Below, piece by piece: positions 1 through 14,044 of a stretch of 64,000 bases of DNA. The stretch covers positions 8,372,001 through 8,436,000 of the forward strand of contig CM075997.1 of assembly GCA_038087875.1 (NCBI GenBank). The letters are read 5' to 3'. Within the stretch, counting starts at the first letter, position 1, and each line of letters begins with the position of its first letter. Under the pieces are notes generated by a model. It made no database searches. It was given only the letters and a program-made list of their open reading frames with translations, and was not told the origin of the DNA. The position numbers were made by a program, and so were the translations under genes. This stretch comes from Malacoraja senta (lineage: Eukaryota).

Positions 1-900
1 CAGCATTTTTCAGAGCCCTCTAAAGTCACGCTGCAGAATATTAATCCCCTTCTTTCCGTCATCTTTTGTGCCGACATGCACTGCCACTTCCGGTTGTTGA
101 CCTTCGCCCTTGAGGATTTTCTGCGCACTGTCCGTGACATCCTGGATGCTGGCACCAGGAAGGCAGCACACCATCCTCAAATCCTGCAGAAACCCCTGTC
201 CGTACCTCTCACAATGGAGTCTCCAACTACAATGGCGTTGCCTGACGTTGGCCTCTTTGGTTTTGGCTCAACAGCCCTTTTTGCTTCGCAAGCCAGTGCG
301 CCGCTCAGTGTGATAACGTCTTCTGTCCCGAAGTGGGTGAACCTGTTCACAAGAGGTACAACACCCGGGGTCCTTTGCATTCCATGTTTCCCCCCCTTTC
401 TCACCGTCACCCACCTTCTCTCTTCCAGCACCTTAGGTGTAACAATCTTACTGTCGAGGAACATCTCAGTTTCTCGGACGAACCTGAGGTCATCCACTTG
501 CTTACCCAGTTCCCCAACACGGTCCTTCAGGAGCAGGTACCTGGATGCACTTCTCACATTTGTAGCAGCCAGAGGCACCGGCAGTGTCCTTGACCTCCCA
601 GCATCGCACTGAATTAGCTTGCTTGACATCTGCTTCTTTCGTCGCTCCTTCTCCAGCGTTTTGCGTAGCCTCCTCTCCGAAGATTCACGAGCCAAAGACT
701 CACACTTTACTCACAGGGCACTTCACTCACAAGGTCGCTCCCTCACTGCCGCTCCATAAGAGCCATCCTCCTTATATTGACTGCTAAATTGCCTAATTTA
801 CCAATTTAGAAACCAAATTCCTCAGTTTTAAACTGCTTTCCCCCTCTGACTCACTTCTAACTCCTCCCGCTCGGGCTGGAGCCAATCAGTGTTTTCTCCT
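1..900 (-). mobile_element. CR1-type LINE 5' region (5'UTR + ORF1 with SGNH/GDSL esterase motif), continues left of the window
   Basis: ORF 177..695(-) contains 'AIVVGDSIVRGTDRGFC', the esterase block typical of vertebrate CR1 ORF1. Bases 1-55 closely match the CR1 ORF1 piece at ~51230-51285. The right boundary is approximate. Confidence 0.75.
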
Positions 901-1529
901 GCTCTTTGTTGCTGTTGCTTCAAAATCCACGGGAGCTCTAAGTTAAGTCTGTCCATCAAACATAATGTTTTACCATGTCGTGTGCAGTTTAATTTTCCGC
1001 AGACCCATTGTCCACATACTTTCGAACCTCCCGAAGAGACACAAGAGACTAACAATATTAACAATATTATATTTCATCTATTTTCAGGCCTGGCGATATT
1101 ACGATCCCTGGGCACTTTAGCTGGCTTACTGTTGACTGCACTCCGTTATCTTTCTCCTTTACCACTTCTGTGCACATGCGTATAATTACATGGAAGACAC
1201 GTGTGGTAGGGTGTGCCTGGATTGCAAACATAACAACCTTCTTCATTGTGTCTAGGTAAACGTGGCAGCAAATATTCATTTTTTCACGAGCTACGAACGC
1301 GCCATGCTACTTTAGCTCAGCAATTTCAATACAAAAAATTCAAACGTAAAACCACAAATAAATACCGTTTCCAATTTGCTTTGGAAATACCCATTCGTTT
1401 TTTTTTTTTTAAGTTGCTTCACGTTCATGCATTTCCCCCGGTGTGCAAATGCCAAATACCAGAGCGCATACGGTTAAGATGAGAAGGGCTTTCATGGATT
1501 TCTTCGAGATGTGTTTTGTTTTTATGTCC

Positions 1530-1830
1530 TTCGAGTTTAGAGTTCAGAGACATAGTATGTAAAGACCATTGAGACCATCGAGTCGACACGGCCATTGATC
1601 ACCCGTTTGCCCGAGGTCTATTTTATCCCAACTTCTCATCCGCTTGAGGGAATTTTCAAAAGCCAACTAACTGACAAATCCGGAATTGTGATCTGGTTGA
1701 ATCAGCCGGCCAAACCGCACGCGATCCCACTGAGAACGTATAGTCACACACAAGCGATGCGGGGTCTGGATCGAACCCGGCTCTCTGGCGCTAAGGGGCA
1801 GCAGCTCTCCCACTGCGCCACTGTGCCGCC
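1530..1830 (-). mobile_element. tRNA-derived SINE (HE1/V-SINE-like)
   Basis: Minus strand begins ggcggcacagtggcgcagtgg (A box) ... ccgggttcgatcc (B box), followed by a SINE body and a tttag-type tail. Confidence 0.7.
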
Positions 1831-2034
1831 TATTATAGTCAGTGGTAAATAACTGGAACACGCTTCTACAAGAGGCGGTTTCCACCGTAACGGCTATTAA
1901 CAGGCATTTAAACAGACAGGTGACGACAGGGACAGGAACAGGTGGAGGCGTGTGTGACTATTTTACTCTGACCATTTAGTTTGCGCAGACATCGTGGGCC
2001 AAAAGGTCTGTTCCTGTGCAATAATTTTCTATGC

Positions 2035-2255
2035 AATGCAGCGCCGCAGACCCGGGTTCAATTTCGACTGCGGGTGCTTGTTTATACGGAGTTTGTACAT
2101 TATCCCCGTGACCTGCGTGCATTTTCTCCGAGATCTTCGGTTTCCTCGAACACTCCAAAGTGTGTAGGTTAATTCGCTAGGTAAATGTGGCCCCTGTGGG
2201 CCGAAGGGGTTGTGTCCGCGCTGTGTCTCTAAACTAAACTAGACTAAACTAGACC
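2035..2255 (+). mobile_element. tRNA-derived SINE (HE1/V-SINE-like), 5'-truncated
   Basis: B-box-like 'cccgggttcaat', V-SINE core 'ggagtttgtacattatccccgtgacctgcgtg', CR1-like 3' end and (ctaaa)n tail. Confidence 0.7.
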
Positions 2256-2487
2256 TCGTCCTATATGGAATAACAAGAACGTTTAAGGAAAGAAATGGAG
2301 GAGATTGCATAACGGCCCCTCGAGTAAGTCCGACAATCAATATGATCATTAATCATCATCCCCAGGCCACATCCTCCATTTAACAATTGCCCAGAGTCTT
2401 CAATCCCTTGATATGTTGAAGTTTACGTGAAATATATGAGGAGCTCTGATCGGGATCTAAATGTTATTTCTATTAACTTGAACACAG

Positions 2488-2778
2488 ATCCGCTTACACC
2501 ACCAGCTATTGCTCTTGATCAAAGGAATGGGGTATACGTGGAAGGAGAAACGGTCACGTTAACTTGCACTGTGTCTGGGGAACATCGCGGCAAAATCTAT
2601 TTCTATGAAGAACAGAGATTGCTAACGTTTGTTCAACTCTTGACAAAAGATAACACCGGACAATTTTCAGTGACCAACCGACACCAGGGAAAGCATTACC
2701 AGTGCAAATATGGAATCTACGCCAAAGCACGATGGTTAGAATCGCAGCTGAGTGAGGCTGTGGCTTTAACCGTAACTG
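2488..2778 (+). CDS. Ig-superfamily gene, Ig domain exon 1 (C2-type, LRC/A1BG/LITR-like)
   Basis: Acceptor aacacAG|AT and donor ACTG|GTGAGT; 291 nt, phase 1-1, no stops. Encodes DPLTPPAIALD...GETVTLTC...IYFY...YQCKY...SQLSEAVALTVT with both Ig cysteines. Confidence 0.85.
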
Positions 2779-3807
2779 GTGAGTGGAGGGAATGTACACA
2801 TTATTGGACTCAGTTGATTCATTGGTTTTCGTTATGTTTAGCTTGTCTGAATTTTTGAACGGACTGTTCGCTGATGAATCTAGAGACTCGCATTATAACA
2901 TTTAATAAGCACACAAAACTGCACACGTAACATATCCGTTAAGTCTATTGCGATATAATTTTGAGGATAGGGAATGCACTGAACATCACTTACAGGATGT
3001 TAAATATATATTCTTTGACGCAGAAATAACATAGAAATTATGTGGTCGATTTAGATTTTTCCCTAGTAATTCCACAGTTCTTAAAAAATAAAGAGTCATA
3101 GTGATAGGACAAACATAGAACAGACCCACACAGAAACACTTTTTTCAGGCAACATGATGACGATACCGAACATGATGCCAAGACTGACGCTCATCTCCCT
3201 GCACATAATCCTTATCTGTGTACTCTGTGCATCTCAGCGCCTACGCAAAAGCCCATTAAATACCACAATCGTACTCCTCTATCACCAACCCCAATAGCAC
3301 ACTCCAGGCACTCACCAACCTCTGTGTAAATAACTTGTTCCGCACAAATACTATAAACTACGCCCCTCTCACCTTAAAGCCATGCCTTCTAGAATTTGAT
3401 ATGTCCATCTTGGGACCAAAGTTCTGACTCTATTCCAGCTACGCCTTTCATAATTTAATATACAGGTCTCCCCAACACTTGTGCCGTTGCAGACACAACA
3501 ATCCAATTTTGCCCATACTCTCCCTGTAACCAATATCTAATCCAGGCGTCATTCTGATAAACCTCCTCTCCGACGTTTTCGAAGCCTGTATTTCATTCAT
3601 GTAATGGGAGATCTGAATTATATGCAGTAAAGCAAATGCGGCCTAACCACAGCCGTAAAAAGCTGCATCATGACTTCCAGACACTTATACTCAATGTACC
3701 GACGAATGAAGGCAAGCATACACTTGCTTTCCTAACACTCGATCTGCACGTATTAAGAATTTTCACAAAGTCATGGACTTGGATTCCAAGGTCCCTCTAC
3801 ACTTCAG

Positions 3808-6302
3808 TAACCATATAACCATATAACCATAACAGCACGGAAACAGGCCATCTCGGCCCTTGAAGTCCGTGCCGAACATTTTTTTAATTTTTTTTTTAAA
3901 TTACAAATAAATACTTCCCCCTAGTCCCATCTACCTGCACTCAGACCATAACCCTCCATTCCTTTCCCGTCCATATACCCATCCAATCTATTTTTAAACG
4001 ATAACATCGAACCTGCCTCCACCACTTCCACTGGAAGCTCATTCCACACAGCTACCACTCTCTGAGTAAAGAAGTCCCCCCTAATGTTCCCCCTAAACTT
4101 CTGTCCCTTAATTCTCAATTCATGTCCCCTTGTTTGAATCTTCCCTACTCTCAATGGGAAAAGCTTATCCACGTCCACTCTGTCTAACCCGCTCATAATT
4201 TTAAAGACCTCTATCAAGTCCCCTCTTAACCTTCTGCGCTCCAAAGAATAACGACCTAACTTGTTCAACCTTTCTCTGTAACTTAGTTGCTGAAACCCAG
4301 GCAACATTCTAGTAAATCTCCTCTGTACTCTCTCTATTTTGTTGACATCCTTCCTATAATTAGGCGACCAAAATTGTACTCCATACTCCAGAATTGGCCT
4401 CACCAATGCTTTATACAATTTTAACATTACATCCCAACTTCTATATGCAATGCTCTGATTTATAAAGGCCAGCACCCCAAAAGCTTTCTTTACCACCCTA
4501 TCTACATGAGATTCCACCTTCAGGGAACTATGCACAGTTATTCCTAGATCCCTCTGTTCAACTGCATTCCTCAATTCGCTACCATTAACCGTGTACGTCC
4601 TATTTTGATTTGTCCTGCCGAGATGTAGCACCTCACATTTGTCAGCATTAAACTCCATCTGCCATATTTCAGCCCACTCTTCCAAATGGCCTAAATCTCT
4701 CTGTAGACTTTGAAAATCTACTTCATTATCCACAACACCACATATCTTAGTATCATCTGCATACTTACTAATCCAATTTCCACACAATCATCCAGATCAT
4801 TGATGTACATGACAAACAACAGTGGACCCAACACAGACCCCTGCGGCACCCCACTAGTCACCGGCCTCCAACCTGACAAACAGCCATCCACCATTACTCT
4901 CTGGCATCTCCCATTCAGCCACTGTTGAATCCATCTTGCTACTCCACCATTAATACCCAACAATTGAATCTTCTTAACCAACCTTCCATGAGGAACCTTG
5001 TCAAAGGCCTTACTGAAGTCCATATAGACAACATCCACTGCTTTACCCTCATCAATTTCCCTAGTAACCTCTTCGAAAAATTCAAGAAGATTAGTCAAGC
5101 ATGACCTTCCAGGCACAAATCCATGTTGACTGTTCCTAATCAGACCCTGCTTATCCAGATGCTTATATATATTATCTTTAAGTATCCTTTCCATTAAGTT
5201 GCCCACCACTGACGTCAAACTAACAGGTCTATAATTGCTCGGTTTAATCTTCGAACCCTTTTTAAACAACGGAATAACATGCGCAGTACGCCAATCCTCC
5301 GGCACTATTCCCGTTTCTAATGACATTTGAAATATTTCTGTCATAGCCCCTGCTATTTCTATATTAACTTCCCTCAATGTCCTAGGGAATATCCTGTCAG
5401 GACCTGGAGACTTATCCGTTTACATATTTTTCAAAAGTGTCCGCACCTCCTCTTCTTTGAATCTCACAGTTTCCATTGCTACTCTGCTCGTTTCCCTTAC
5501 CTCACATAATTCCATATCCTTCTCCTTCGTGAATACCGAAGAAAAGACATTGTTCAATATCTCCCCCATCTCTTTTGGCTCTGCAGATAGCTGTCCACTC
5601 TGACTCTCTAATGGACCGATTTTATTCCTTGTTATCCTTTTGCTATTAATATAGCTGTAGAAACCCTTTGGATTTACTTTCACCTTACTTGCCAAAGCAA
5701 CCTCATATCTTCTTTTAGCTTTTCTAATTGCTTTCATAATATTCTTTTTACATTCCTTATACCCCTCAAGCACCTCATTTACTCCATGCTGCCTATAATT
5801 ATTGTAGATCTCTCTCTTTTTCCGAACCAAGTGTCCAATTTCCCTTGAAAACCATGGCTCTTTCCATTTTTTACTATTTCCAGTCAACCGAACAGGCACG
5901 TAAAGATTCTGTACTCTTAAAATTTCACTCTTAAATGTCCTCCATTTTTCTTCTACATCCTTCCCATAAAACAACATGTCCCAATTCACTCCTTTTAAAT
6001 CCTTTCGCATCTCCTCAAAGTTAGCCTTTCTCCAAACAAAAATCTCAACCCTAGGTCCAGTTCTGACCCTCTCCATAATTATATTGAAACTAATGGTATT
6101 GTGATCACTGGACCCGAAGTGCTCCCCGACGCATACCTCCGCCACCTGCCCTGTCTCATTTCCTAACAGGAGGTCCAGCACTGCCCCTTCTCTAGTAGGT
6201 ACCTCTATGTATTGCTGCAAAAAACTATCTTGCACACATTTTACAAACTCCAAACCATCCAGCCCTTTTACAGAATGTGTTTCCCAGTCTATGTGTGGAA
6301 AA
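3808..6302 (-). mobile_element. CR1 LINE, 5'-truncated ORF2 (end of endonuclease + RT), frameshifted
   Basis: ORFs 5420..6253, 4718..5377 and 3921..4787 give consecutive pieces: [47 protein letters not shown]. The 3' end carries an (atggtt)n-type tail at ~3808-3833. Confidence 0.93.
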
Positions 6303-6329
6303 GTACTTTCTCTGTTCTAAGTACTTTTA

Positions 6330-9300
6330 GAACAGAGAAAATAGAACAGCGCAGTAGAAAGGCGGGCCTTCGGGCCACAGCGACTGTATAAAAAATATGC
6401 TCCGCACATCTCCTTTAAACTTGCCTCCCACACTAAGCCCTCTAATATTAGATTTTTCCATCCTGTGAAAAAAGTTCGGATTACCTACTCTATCTATGCC
6501 TCATAATTTTATATCACTCAACCTTCGGCATTCCAGAAGAAGTAAAATAAACCAAGTCTGCCAACGTCTCACTGTAGTTAATAAACTTTGATCTTACTAA
6601 CATTCTGGCAAATCAGTTCAGCCCACTTTCAAACCACGTCCTTCCTCTAACGGGCCGACCAAAACTGCACGAAATGTTCCAAAAGAGGCCCAATCAATGT
6701 CCTATCAATCTGCATAATGACGTCTTGACTGTTACACTCTACGCGCAGACGTTTGAAGCCAAGCCTACCATATTTTGTTCTTTACGACTCTATCAACTTG
6801 TGTTGCCAATTTCAGGATGCCATACGCTTGGACCCCATGATCCCATGTACATCAGCAGTTTAGTTTGTTTTGTTTAGCGATACCACGGAAACAGATCCGC
6901 GGGACAAGACATTATTTTTACCGAAGCCAATTAACCTACAAAACTGTACATCTTTGGTATGTGGGTGGAAACCGTTTGGGAGGTGTGTTTGTGTGTGCGT
7001 GCGTGTGTTTTTATGTGTGGGAGGTGTGTTTGTGTGTCTATGTGTGTGTGTGGGGAGGGGAGTTTATGAAGTACGTTACCAAAACATGTGTGGACAAAAT
7101 TCACCGCCCTACCTTATTCGATCACCTTCACAACCTCCTCATAAAGCTCAGTGAGGTTTGTAAGGCACGACTGGCCGCGTACAAAATCAATCTGAGTATC
7201 ATTAACTAACCCATCTTCCAAATGGGAGTTCTCAAAGAATATTCTCTAATAGCTTTCCACCACTTGGGGTCCAAGCGTATGCCTTCCTGAAATTGGCAAC
7301 ACATGTTGGTAGAGTGGTAACGAAATAATATGGTAAGCTTGCATTCATATTTCGCTGATTGAAATATTATTCCCTGGCTTCTCACCATTTCGCTGGCTAA
7401 ACAAAAGTACAACACTAGTGAATCTGTCGTGTTGCGGAACAGCGCGATTCATGTAGTCTCCACTCTTGCCATTCTTAATGACCTGGGATAGATCAGGCGG
7501 CGCTGGGAATTATCCATCTTAATGCTTTTCAAACGCTGCAACGCTTTCTCAATCTTAATTTCAAAGTGCCTTTGCAGTTTAGTATTCTCCACATTGATTC
7601 CATGCCGTTCGTAAAAACAGCTGAAAATTACTCTTGAAATTCCTCGCCCACGTCCCATGACTCCAAACCCAAATAACTTATTTATCCTTGATTGGTTCTT
7701 TTTTCTTTTGGTTACTTTTATTGACCAAATGTACAACCTCCTTGGCCTTGAAAGGTCCCCTTGCTTTGCTATCCTTATCCCTCCTCCTTACTGGAACATA
7801 TCGTTCCCAAATCTTGACTAGCTCGACTTTAAAGGACTCCCACATGACACGTTTGAACATATCCACAAACCACTTCTCACAGCCTATCCTCCCGAGTTCC
7901 ACACTAAAATGCTGCACTGTGCTTTACTCAAATTTAATGCATCTCCGCATGTTTGAATCTTCTTCATATTGAAATTAATTGTGCGTTTAACCTGCATTTG
8001 TGCGTTGAATCCGGCATTCACGTGCTTCGCTGTTTACCTTCTCATTATGATTCAGATAGGGACAGACATAAAGGATGTCGTGCAGTGCAGTGTCGCGCTT
8101 GTCACATTGGTCGGTTTAATTAAGGCCTTTATGGTGTATGCTGGGAACTCTCTGTCAGAACCCAAACTGCTTTAGTGACTCATAGCACCTAATGTCTTTT
8201 TATACACTCGTCACATGTGGATTCTACATTTTTCATATAATCCATTGGCCATTAACGTTTCTGTTGTTTTTGGTATTTTATTATTGTTTTCCCAGAGTAA
8301 TCTTTAACCTATACTGCCCTAGTATTTCCCATTTGTCTGAGTGCAAAAATACTTATGTGATGTTATGATGTTATTGCGCTCAGCGTGATATATAACCGCC
8401 TGTTTTTATTGTTGATTCATCTAGTTATGACTTGCAATCTACACAACTCTTATATCTTAGTATTGGTTATCTTCTTCTGCCCTTCTCATTTCCCAACATG
8501 CTTCCGCTGTGTTGAAGCTTTCGGTTAAAATATATAATAAACTGGTCAAATTCTATAATTTCCAGACATTCCACCATCATTTTATATTCAGAACGTCTCA
8601 GTATTGGAGTTGGGAGTTCATGTTGCAGTGGTATAAGATGTTTATGAGGCCACGTTTAGAATATTGTGTTCAATTTTGTGGATAATGTTATACGAAGGAT
8701 GTTGTCAAGCTGGAAAAGGTACAGGCACGATTTACTAGGATGTTGCCAAGACTAGACGGTCTGAGCTATAGTTAGAGGTTGAGTAGGCTGGGATTTTTTG
8801 ACACAAAGAGTGGTGGATGTATGGACCATGCTGCTAGAGGAGGCAGTTGAGGCAGGGCTTATCCCAACATTTATGGAACAGTTAGACAGGTAAATGGATA
8901 GTACAGGTTTGGAGAGATACGGACCAAAAGCTGGCAGGTGGGACCAATGTAGCTGTGACATGACGGCCGATGTGGGCAAGTTGGGCAGAAGCGCCTGTTT
9001 CCACACAGCATCACTCTATGAGTCTATCACAACTATACCCAAATTGCTCTTCCAATGAAATATCAGTCACCTGACCAGAATAATTTGCAAAACGGAGCAC
9101 CAGTATATTCGTTCGAAGATTGGACTGTCCTGTTTCAAGAAACTCTCTCGGTTACACCTGACAAATTCCAGCCCATCGAACGCTATGGGAGCGACCTGGG
9201 AGGATTTGGGGGAATTTAAACTTACCCACTACCACAACCCTGTTGCTTTGGCATCTTGTGCTAATGAGTCTACGTAAATGTTACTCTATCTTCTGTAGGT

Positions 9301-11720
9301 TTTTGGCAAAATCCCATTAAAGTTATTGCATCCTTCTCATGACTAAGCTCTACCCATATTGTTTCAGTGGATGAACCATCCAGTATGTCCTCGGTGAGTG
9401 CAGTCGTGGAAGTCTCCCTGTTTGGTAGAGGAACCCGTCCCTCCATCTCATTTCACCCTCTCTCTACACTCCTGAAACAAAAAAAACGATGAGCATTGAG
9501 GTGCCAGTCGTATCCCAGTTGTCATCTCTACTTTCCCCTCATTCCTTCCAATTTCTACGTTGGTTCCCACCGCCATCACTTTAAACCAGCTGGAAAGGCA
9601 ATTGCAACTCCCCGCGCAAATATATCGGTCAAGGTGCAACCTGCCCCTGATGTAATTGACACTTGCCCCAAATGAGACCGCAAAGGTCGGAAGGTCTGAA
9701 CGTCTGAAAACTGCACCAACCGTCGAGCCCCACATTCATCTGTCGCATTCCTATTCCGACATTCATTAGGACGTGGCACATTAAGTGATCTGATGATTAC
9801 GATCCTCGGGGTCCTACTTTTTAATATTTTTACATTACTTCTCGCAGTATCTCTCTTCTGCCTGTACGCAATCCACATACCTACATGCCCTGCATATTCG
9901 CACGTCTATCCAACAGTCTCTTCGAGTTGATCTGCTTCAATTATAGCCTCCGGACGGGCATTGGATGTACTCAGCTACCAGTGTATAAAAATGTGCCCCG
10001 CACATTTCCTTTCAATTCCGCCCCTCTCTGAAACAGCTGAGGCCCCAGCACAGAACCCTGCAGAACGCCATTGGACACAAACCTGGCATCATGACCAGTA
10101 CAGGCCAGGGTGTAATCGTCAAATGCGAGAGTGAATTTGCTTATGTTGTGTAAGGGAGAGGCGAAAGTAGACTTACGGTGCAAATGTCATTTTACACTGA
10201 GATTATGTCTGTCAGACCAACTTCGATTCACGGATTCCTACGACACATGGGGCCAACGACCCATGCCAATAAGTATGCCTCATCTATAATAGGTCCAATG
10301 CTGATATTTCGACCAAGCTGCCGAGGAATAATTGATATTCGGCACGGACTAGAAGGGCCGAGATGGCCTGTTTCCGTGCTGTAATTGTTATATGGTTATA
10401 TGGTTATATGATATATAATGTTCAAGTAGTACAGTTTACACTCTGGCAGGGAACGGAGATAAATGGAACTGGCCGGCAAAAGTTCCATTTGACATCATGT
10501 TCGGCACAGACATTGGGGCTGAATGCCCTATTTATGCCCTGTGCTGCTCGAGGTTTTTCTAATTTCTAATATACCATACGACATCAGGGCAGTCTACATT
10601 AACGATAGAACAATACAGCAGAAAACGGACCCTACGCCCATTATGTTAGTGGCGAACATTATGCCAATTTAAACTGATCTCACCAACCAGTACTTGATGC
10701 ATTTCTCTCTATTTTCTGTAATTCCCTCTGCCGAATTAAAAGCCTCTTAAGAGCCAATAACATATCAGCCTCTTCGTTTACGCATGAAGATGCGATCCAT
10801 ACCTCGCCACTGTCTGTGTAAAAAACTTGCCAGCACATCTCGATCGAATTGTCGCTCATAGCTATGCCAACGAGGGTTGCACATTTCCACCGAGGCAGAA
10901 TATTACTGAAAGTCTACCATATCTAAACAATGTTATATGCTTTTAGGAAATGTCAACCACCAATGTTCCAGCGAAAACAACCCAAGTCTATCCAACCTCT
11001 CATTGAAGCTGACACCCACAAACACAGATAGATTTATGGGAAACCTCCTTTGTGCCATGTACAAAGCATCTACATTCTGTTTCACACATAAAGTTGTGAG
11101 TCTGTGGAATTATCTGCCACGGAGCGCTGTGGAGGTCAGTTCTCTGGATACTTTCAAATGAGGGCTAGACAGGAGAGGACAGGACAGAAAGTGAGAGGAG
11201 TCGGGGGGTATGGGGAGAAAGCAAGAACGGCAACTGATTGGGGATGATCAGCCATGATCACATTGAATGGCGGTGCTGGCTCGGGCCGAATGGCCTACAC
11301 CTGCACCTAGTGTCTATTGTATATTACATATTTTCTGTTAGGAGGCGACCAGAATTGTGCGCAGTACACAATTTGCGGCTTACCCAAACCCCTATAGGAT
11401 TGCATCATAACTTCCTGACTCTTATATTCAATACCCCCAGCAGTGAAAGCAAATGTAACATACGATTCTTTATCACTATCTACTTATCCTAAGTAACCTA
11501 TGAAATCGGACTCCGGGATTCCTCCTCACATCAATGCTGTTAAATTTATTGTAATAAACCGTATATTTCACCCTGACAGACAACTTCCCAAAGTACAAAA
11601 CCTCACATTTGCTCAATTTAAAATCAATCTGACATTTCTATGCCCATGTTTGCAGCCGTTCTTTATCCCCCTGTATCGTCTAACAACCTTCCTCCCTACA
11701 TACAACACCTCCAATTTCGG
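6330..11720. repeat. Patchwork of old, heavily decayed CR1 and SINE fragments (intron of the Ig gene)
   Basis: Recognisable remnants include a CR1 3' end on + at ~8600-9030, an ORF1/ORF2 junction on - at ~9050-9900, GVxQGSVLGP at ~10030-10080(-), and CR1 3' ends at ~10330-10410 and ~11080-11325. Individual boundaries were not resolved. Confidence 0.6.
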
Positions 11721-12343
11721 AAACTAAGTAATTCCAGGAAAATAAGCGGAGAGTAAAATGGATGACATTGCTCCAACTCAGCATCGATTGGAAACGGCAT
11801 GAATTTGTGAGGGAGGTAAATTGAGAATGTGGGAACCGTATACGACACTACCTTGCTACCTTCTTTATTTAGATTCGTTTGAGTTTGGCCAACCTCGCTG
11901 TGAATGCTTTAAATTGCCCGCGCTTACATATGAGATAATTTTACATTCGGTGGATACACATATGATGGCGCTCGTTTTAACGGAGACAATGTTTCTTATG
12001 ACTCATTCATTGTGTGGTGCGATTTGAGGTCAGTGAATAAAACACTACTCTGTCCCGAACGTTGTGGCCGAACCTCGCCTGCAAAACCTCAGTTTACCTT
12101 CCTCGCGATTGTAGGAACAAAGGTAGAGATTAATAAATTGACAGTTATAGCATGATAATCGGACTTGCGGCCGACTGAGTCGGTGATGCCCACCTACAAT
12201 CCAGGAATAGGACGCATTCGCCTTAGTCTTCCCTCCCTTTATGGAACCTGGGATCCCTCGCAATATTGTTACATATTTTTCATGGTTTAGCAGTTCGGTA
12301 AATCATCGTTTAAATTGGCATTCCATTGTCACTTTTCTTCCAG

Positions 12344-12634
12344 CTCCACTGCCACCGCCAGTTATCTCTCTTGACAAATCGACTGGGGTGTATGCCAGAG
12401 ATGAAACAGTCATTCTCGTCTGTCGATCTGACAGGGAACAAAAGGATAGAGTCCAGTTCTATAGGGAAAACAAACTGCTGAAACGTCGTCAAATCTTCAT
12501 CAAAGGCCACATTGGAATGTTCACGATCAACAGGTCAAATCAAGGAGGCCAGTACCAGTGCAAGTATAGAACCGTTGTGCAAATGAGGCGATTATGGTCC
12601 CATCTCAGCGAGCCTATGACGGTCATCGTCGCAC
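12344..12634 (+). CDS. Ig-superfamily gene, Ig domain exon 2
   Basis: Acceptor ttttcttccAG|CT and donor GCAC|GTAAGT; 291 nt, phase 1-1. Encodes PLPPPVISLDKSTGVY...VILVC...VQFY...GGQYQCKY...SHLSEPMTVIVA, clearly paralogous to exon 1. Confidence 0.87.
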
Positions 12635-12657
12635 GTAAGTCTGCTTATGTGTGTAAA

Positions 12658-13612
12658 ATGTGCAACATCTCCAAGTTTGCGGATGACACGAAGCTGGGGG
12701 GTAGATGTAGCTGTGAGGAGGATGCTAGGAGGCTGCAAGGTGACTTGGATAGGCTGGGTGAGTGGCCAAATCCATGGCAGATGCAGTATAATGTGGATAA
12801 ATGTGAGGTTATCCACTTTGGTGGAAAAAACTAGAAAGTAGTCTATTATCTGAATGGTGGCCGATTAGGAAAAGGGGAGATGCAACGAGACCTGGGTGTC
12901 ATGGTACACCAGTCATTGAAAGTAGGCATGCAGGTGCAGCAGGCAGTGAAGAAAGCGAATGGTATGTTATCATTCATAGCAAAATGATTTGAGTATAAGA
13001 GGTGGGAGGTTCAACTGCAGTTGTACAGGGTCTTGGTGAGACCACACCTGGAGTATTGCGTACAGTTTTGGTCTCCTAATCTGAGGAAAGACATTCTTGC
13101 CATGGAGGGAGTACAGAGAAGGTTCACCAGACTGATTCCTGGTATGGCAGGACTTTCATATGAAGAAAGACTGGATAGATTCGGCTTGTACTCGCTAGAA
13201 TTTAGAAGATTGTGGGGGGATCTCATAGAAACTTACAAAATTCTTAAGGGGTTGGACAGGCTAGCTGAAGGAAGATTATTCCCGATGTTGGGGAAGTCCA
13301 GAACAAGGGGTCACAGTCTAAGGATAAGGGGGAAGTCTTTTAGGACCGAGAATAGAAAATCATTTTTTACACAGAGAGTGGTGAATCTGTGGAATTCTCT
13401 CCCACAGAAGGTAGTTGAGGCCAGTTAATTGGCTATATTTAAGAGGGAGTTAGATGTGGCCCTTGTGTCTAAAGGGATCAGGGGATATGGAAAGAAGGCA
13501 CATACAGGATACTGAGTTGGATGATCAGCCATGATCATATTGAATGGCGGTGCAGGCTCGAAGGGCCGAATGGCTTACTCCTGCACCTATTTTCTATGTT
13601 TCTATGTTTCTA
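12658..13612 (+). mobile_element. CR1 LINE 3' fragment inserted ~24 nt after the exon-2 donor
   Basis: Motifs ISKFADDTKLGG and [13 protein letters not shown], internal stops, and a (ttctatgt)n tail. Confidence 0.92.
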
Positions 13613-14044
13613 ATGTGATGGTAGAGGACTTATCTGATAATAATGCAGACTTTGGGACAAGCATGAGTAGGAAGGATCCAGAATGATATTCAATGACTGA
13701 TCATTTCACTGGTCCCAAAAGAATTCAGTCGGGGAAATCAAATGTGTTTTAATCGCATTTAATGTATCAGTTCGGCGAGTCTTGAATTTACTAGCGTGGA
13801 AGAAGTGTCCCGGACCGTTCTGCAGTGAGTGGACAGGACTGGAAGGCTTTTCATCGAATGTAATCAATTTAATCAATTGATTAGAGTAAGCAAGAAACTG
13901 TATACAGTTGATTGGCCAGTTTTCAATTGTTAACTAATTGTTCCTTGTATATCTCAAGCCTGATATCTACGCTCCGATTGGAGTCAAAGACTTCCCAAGA
14001 AGCTGCGCCGGTTGTTGCTCCCATCAGCACGAACATAATTTATC

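Noticed and set aside
1765..1830. tRNA gene
   Set aside because: The A/B boxes continue into a SINE body and tail, so this is a tRNA-derived SINE head.
12241..12834. Apparent Ig-domain/reverse-transcriptase fusion ORF (also 63462..63908)
   Set aside because: The ORF simply reads through a consensus GTAAGT donor into an intronic CR1 fragment.
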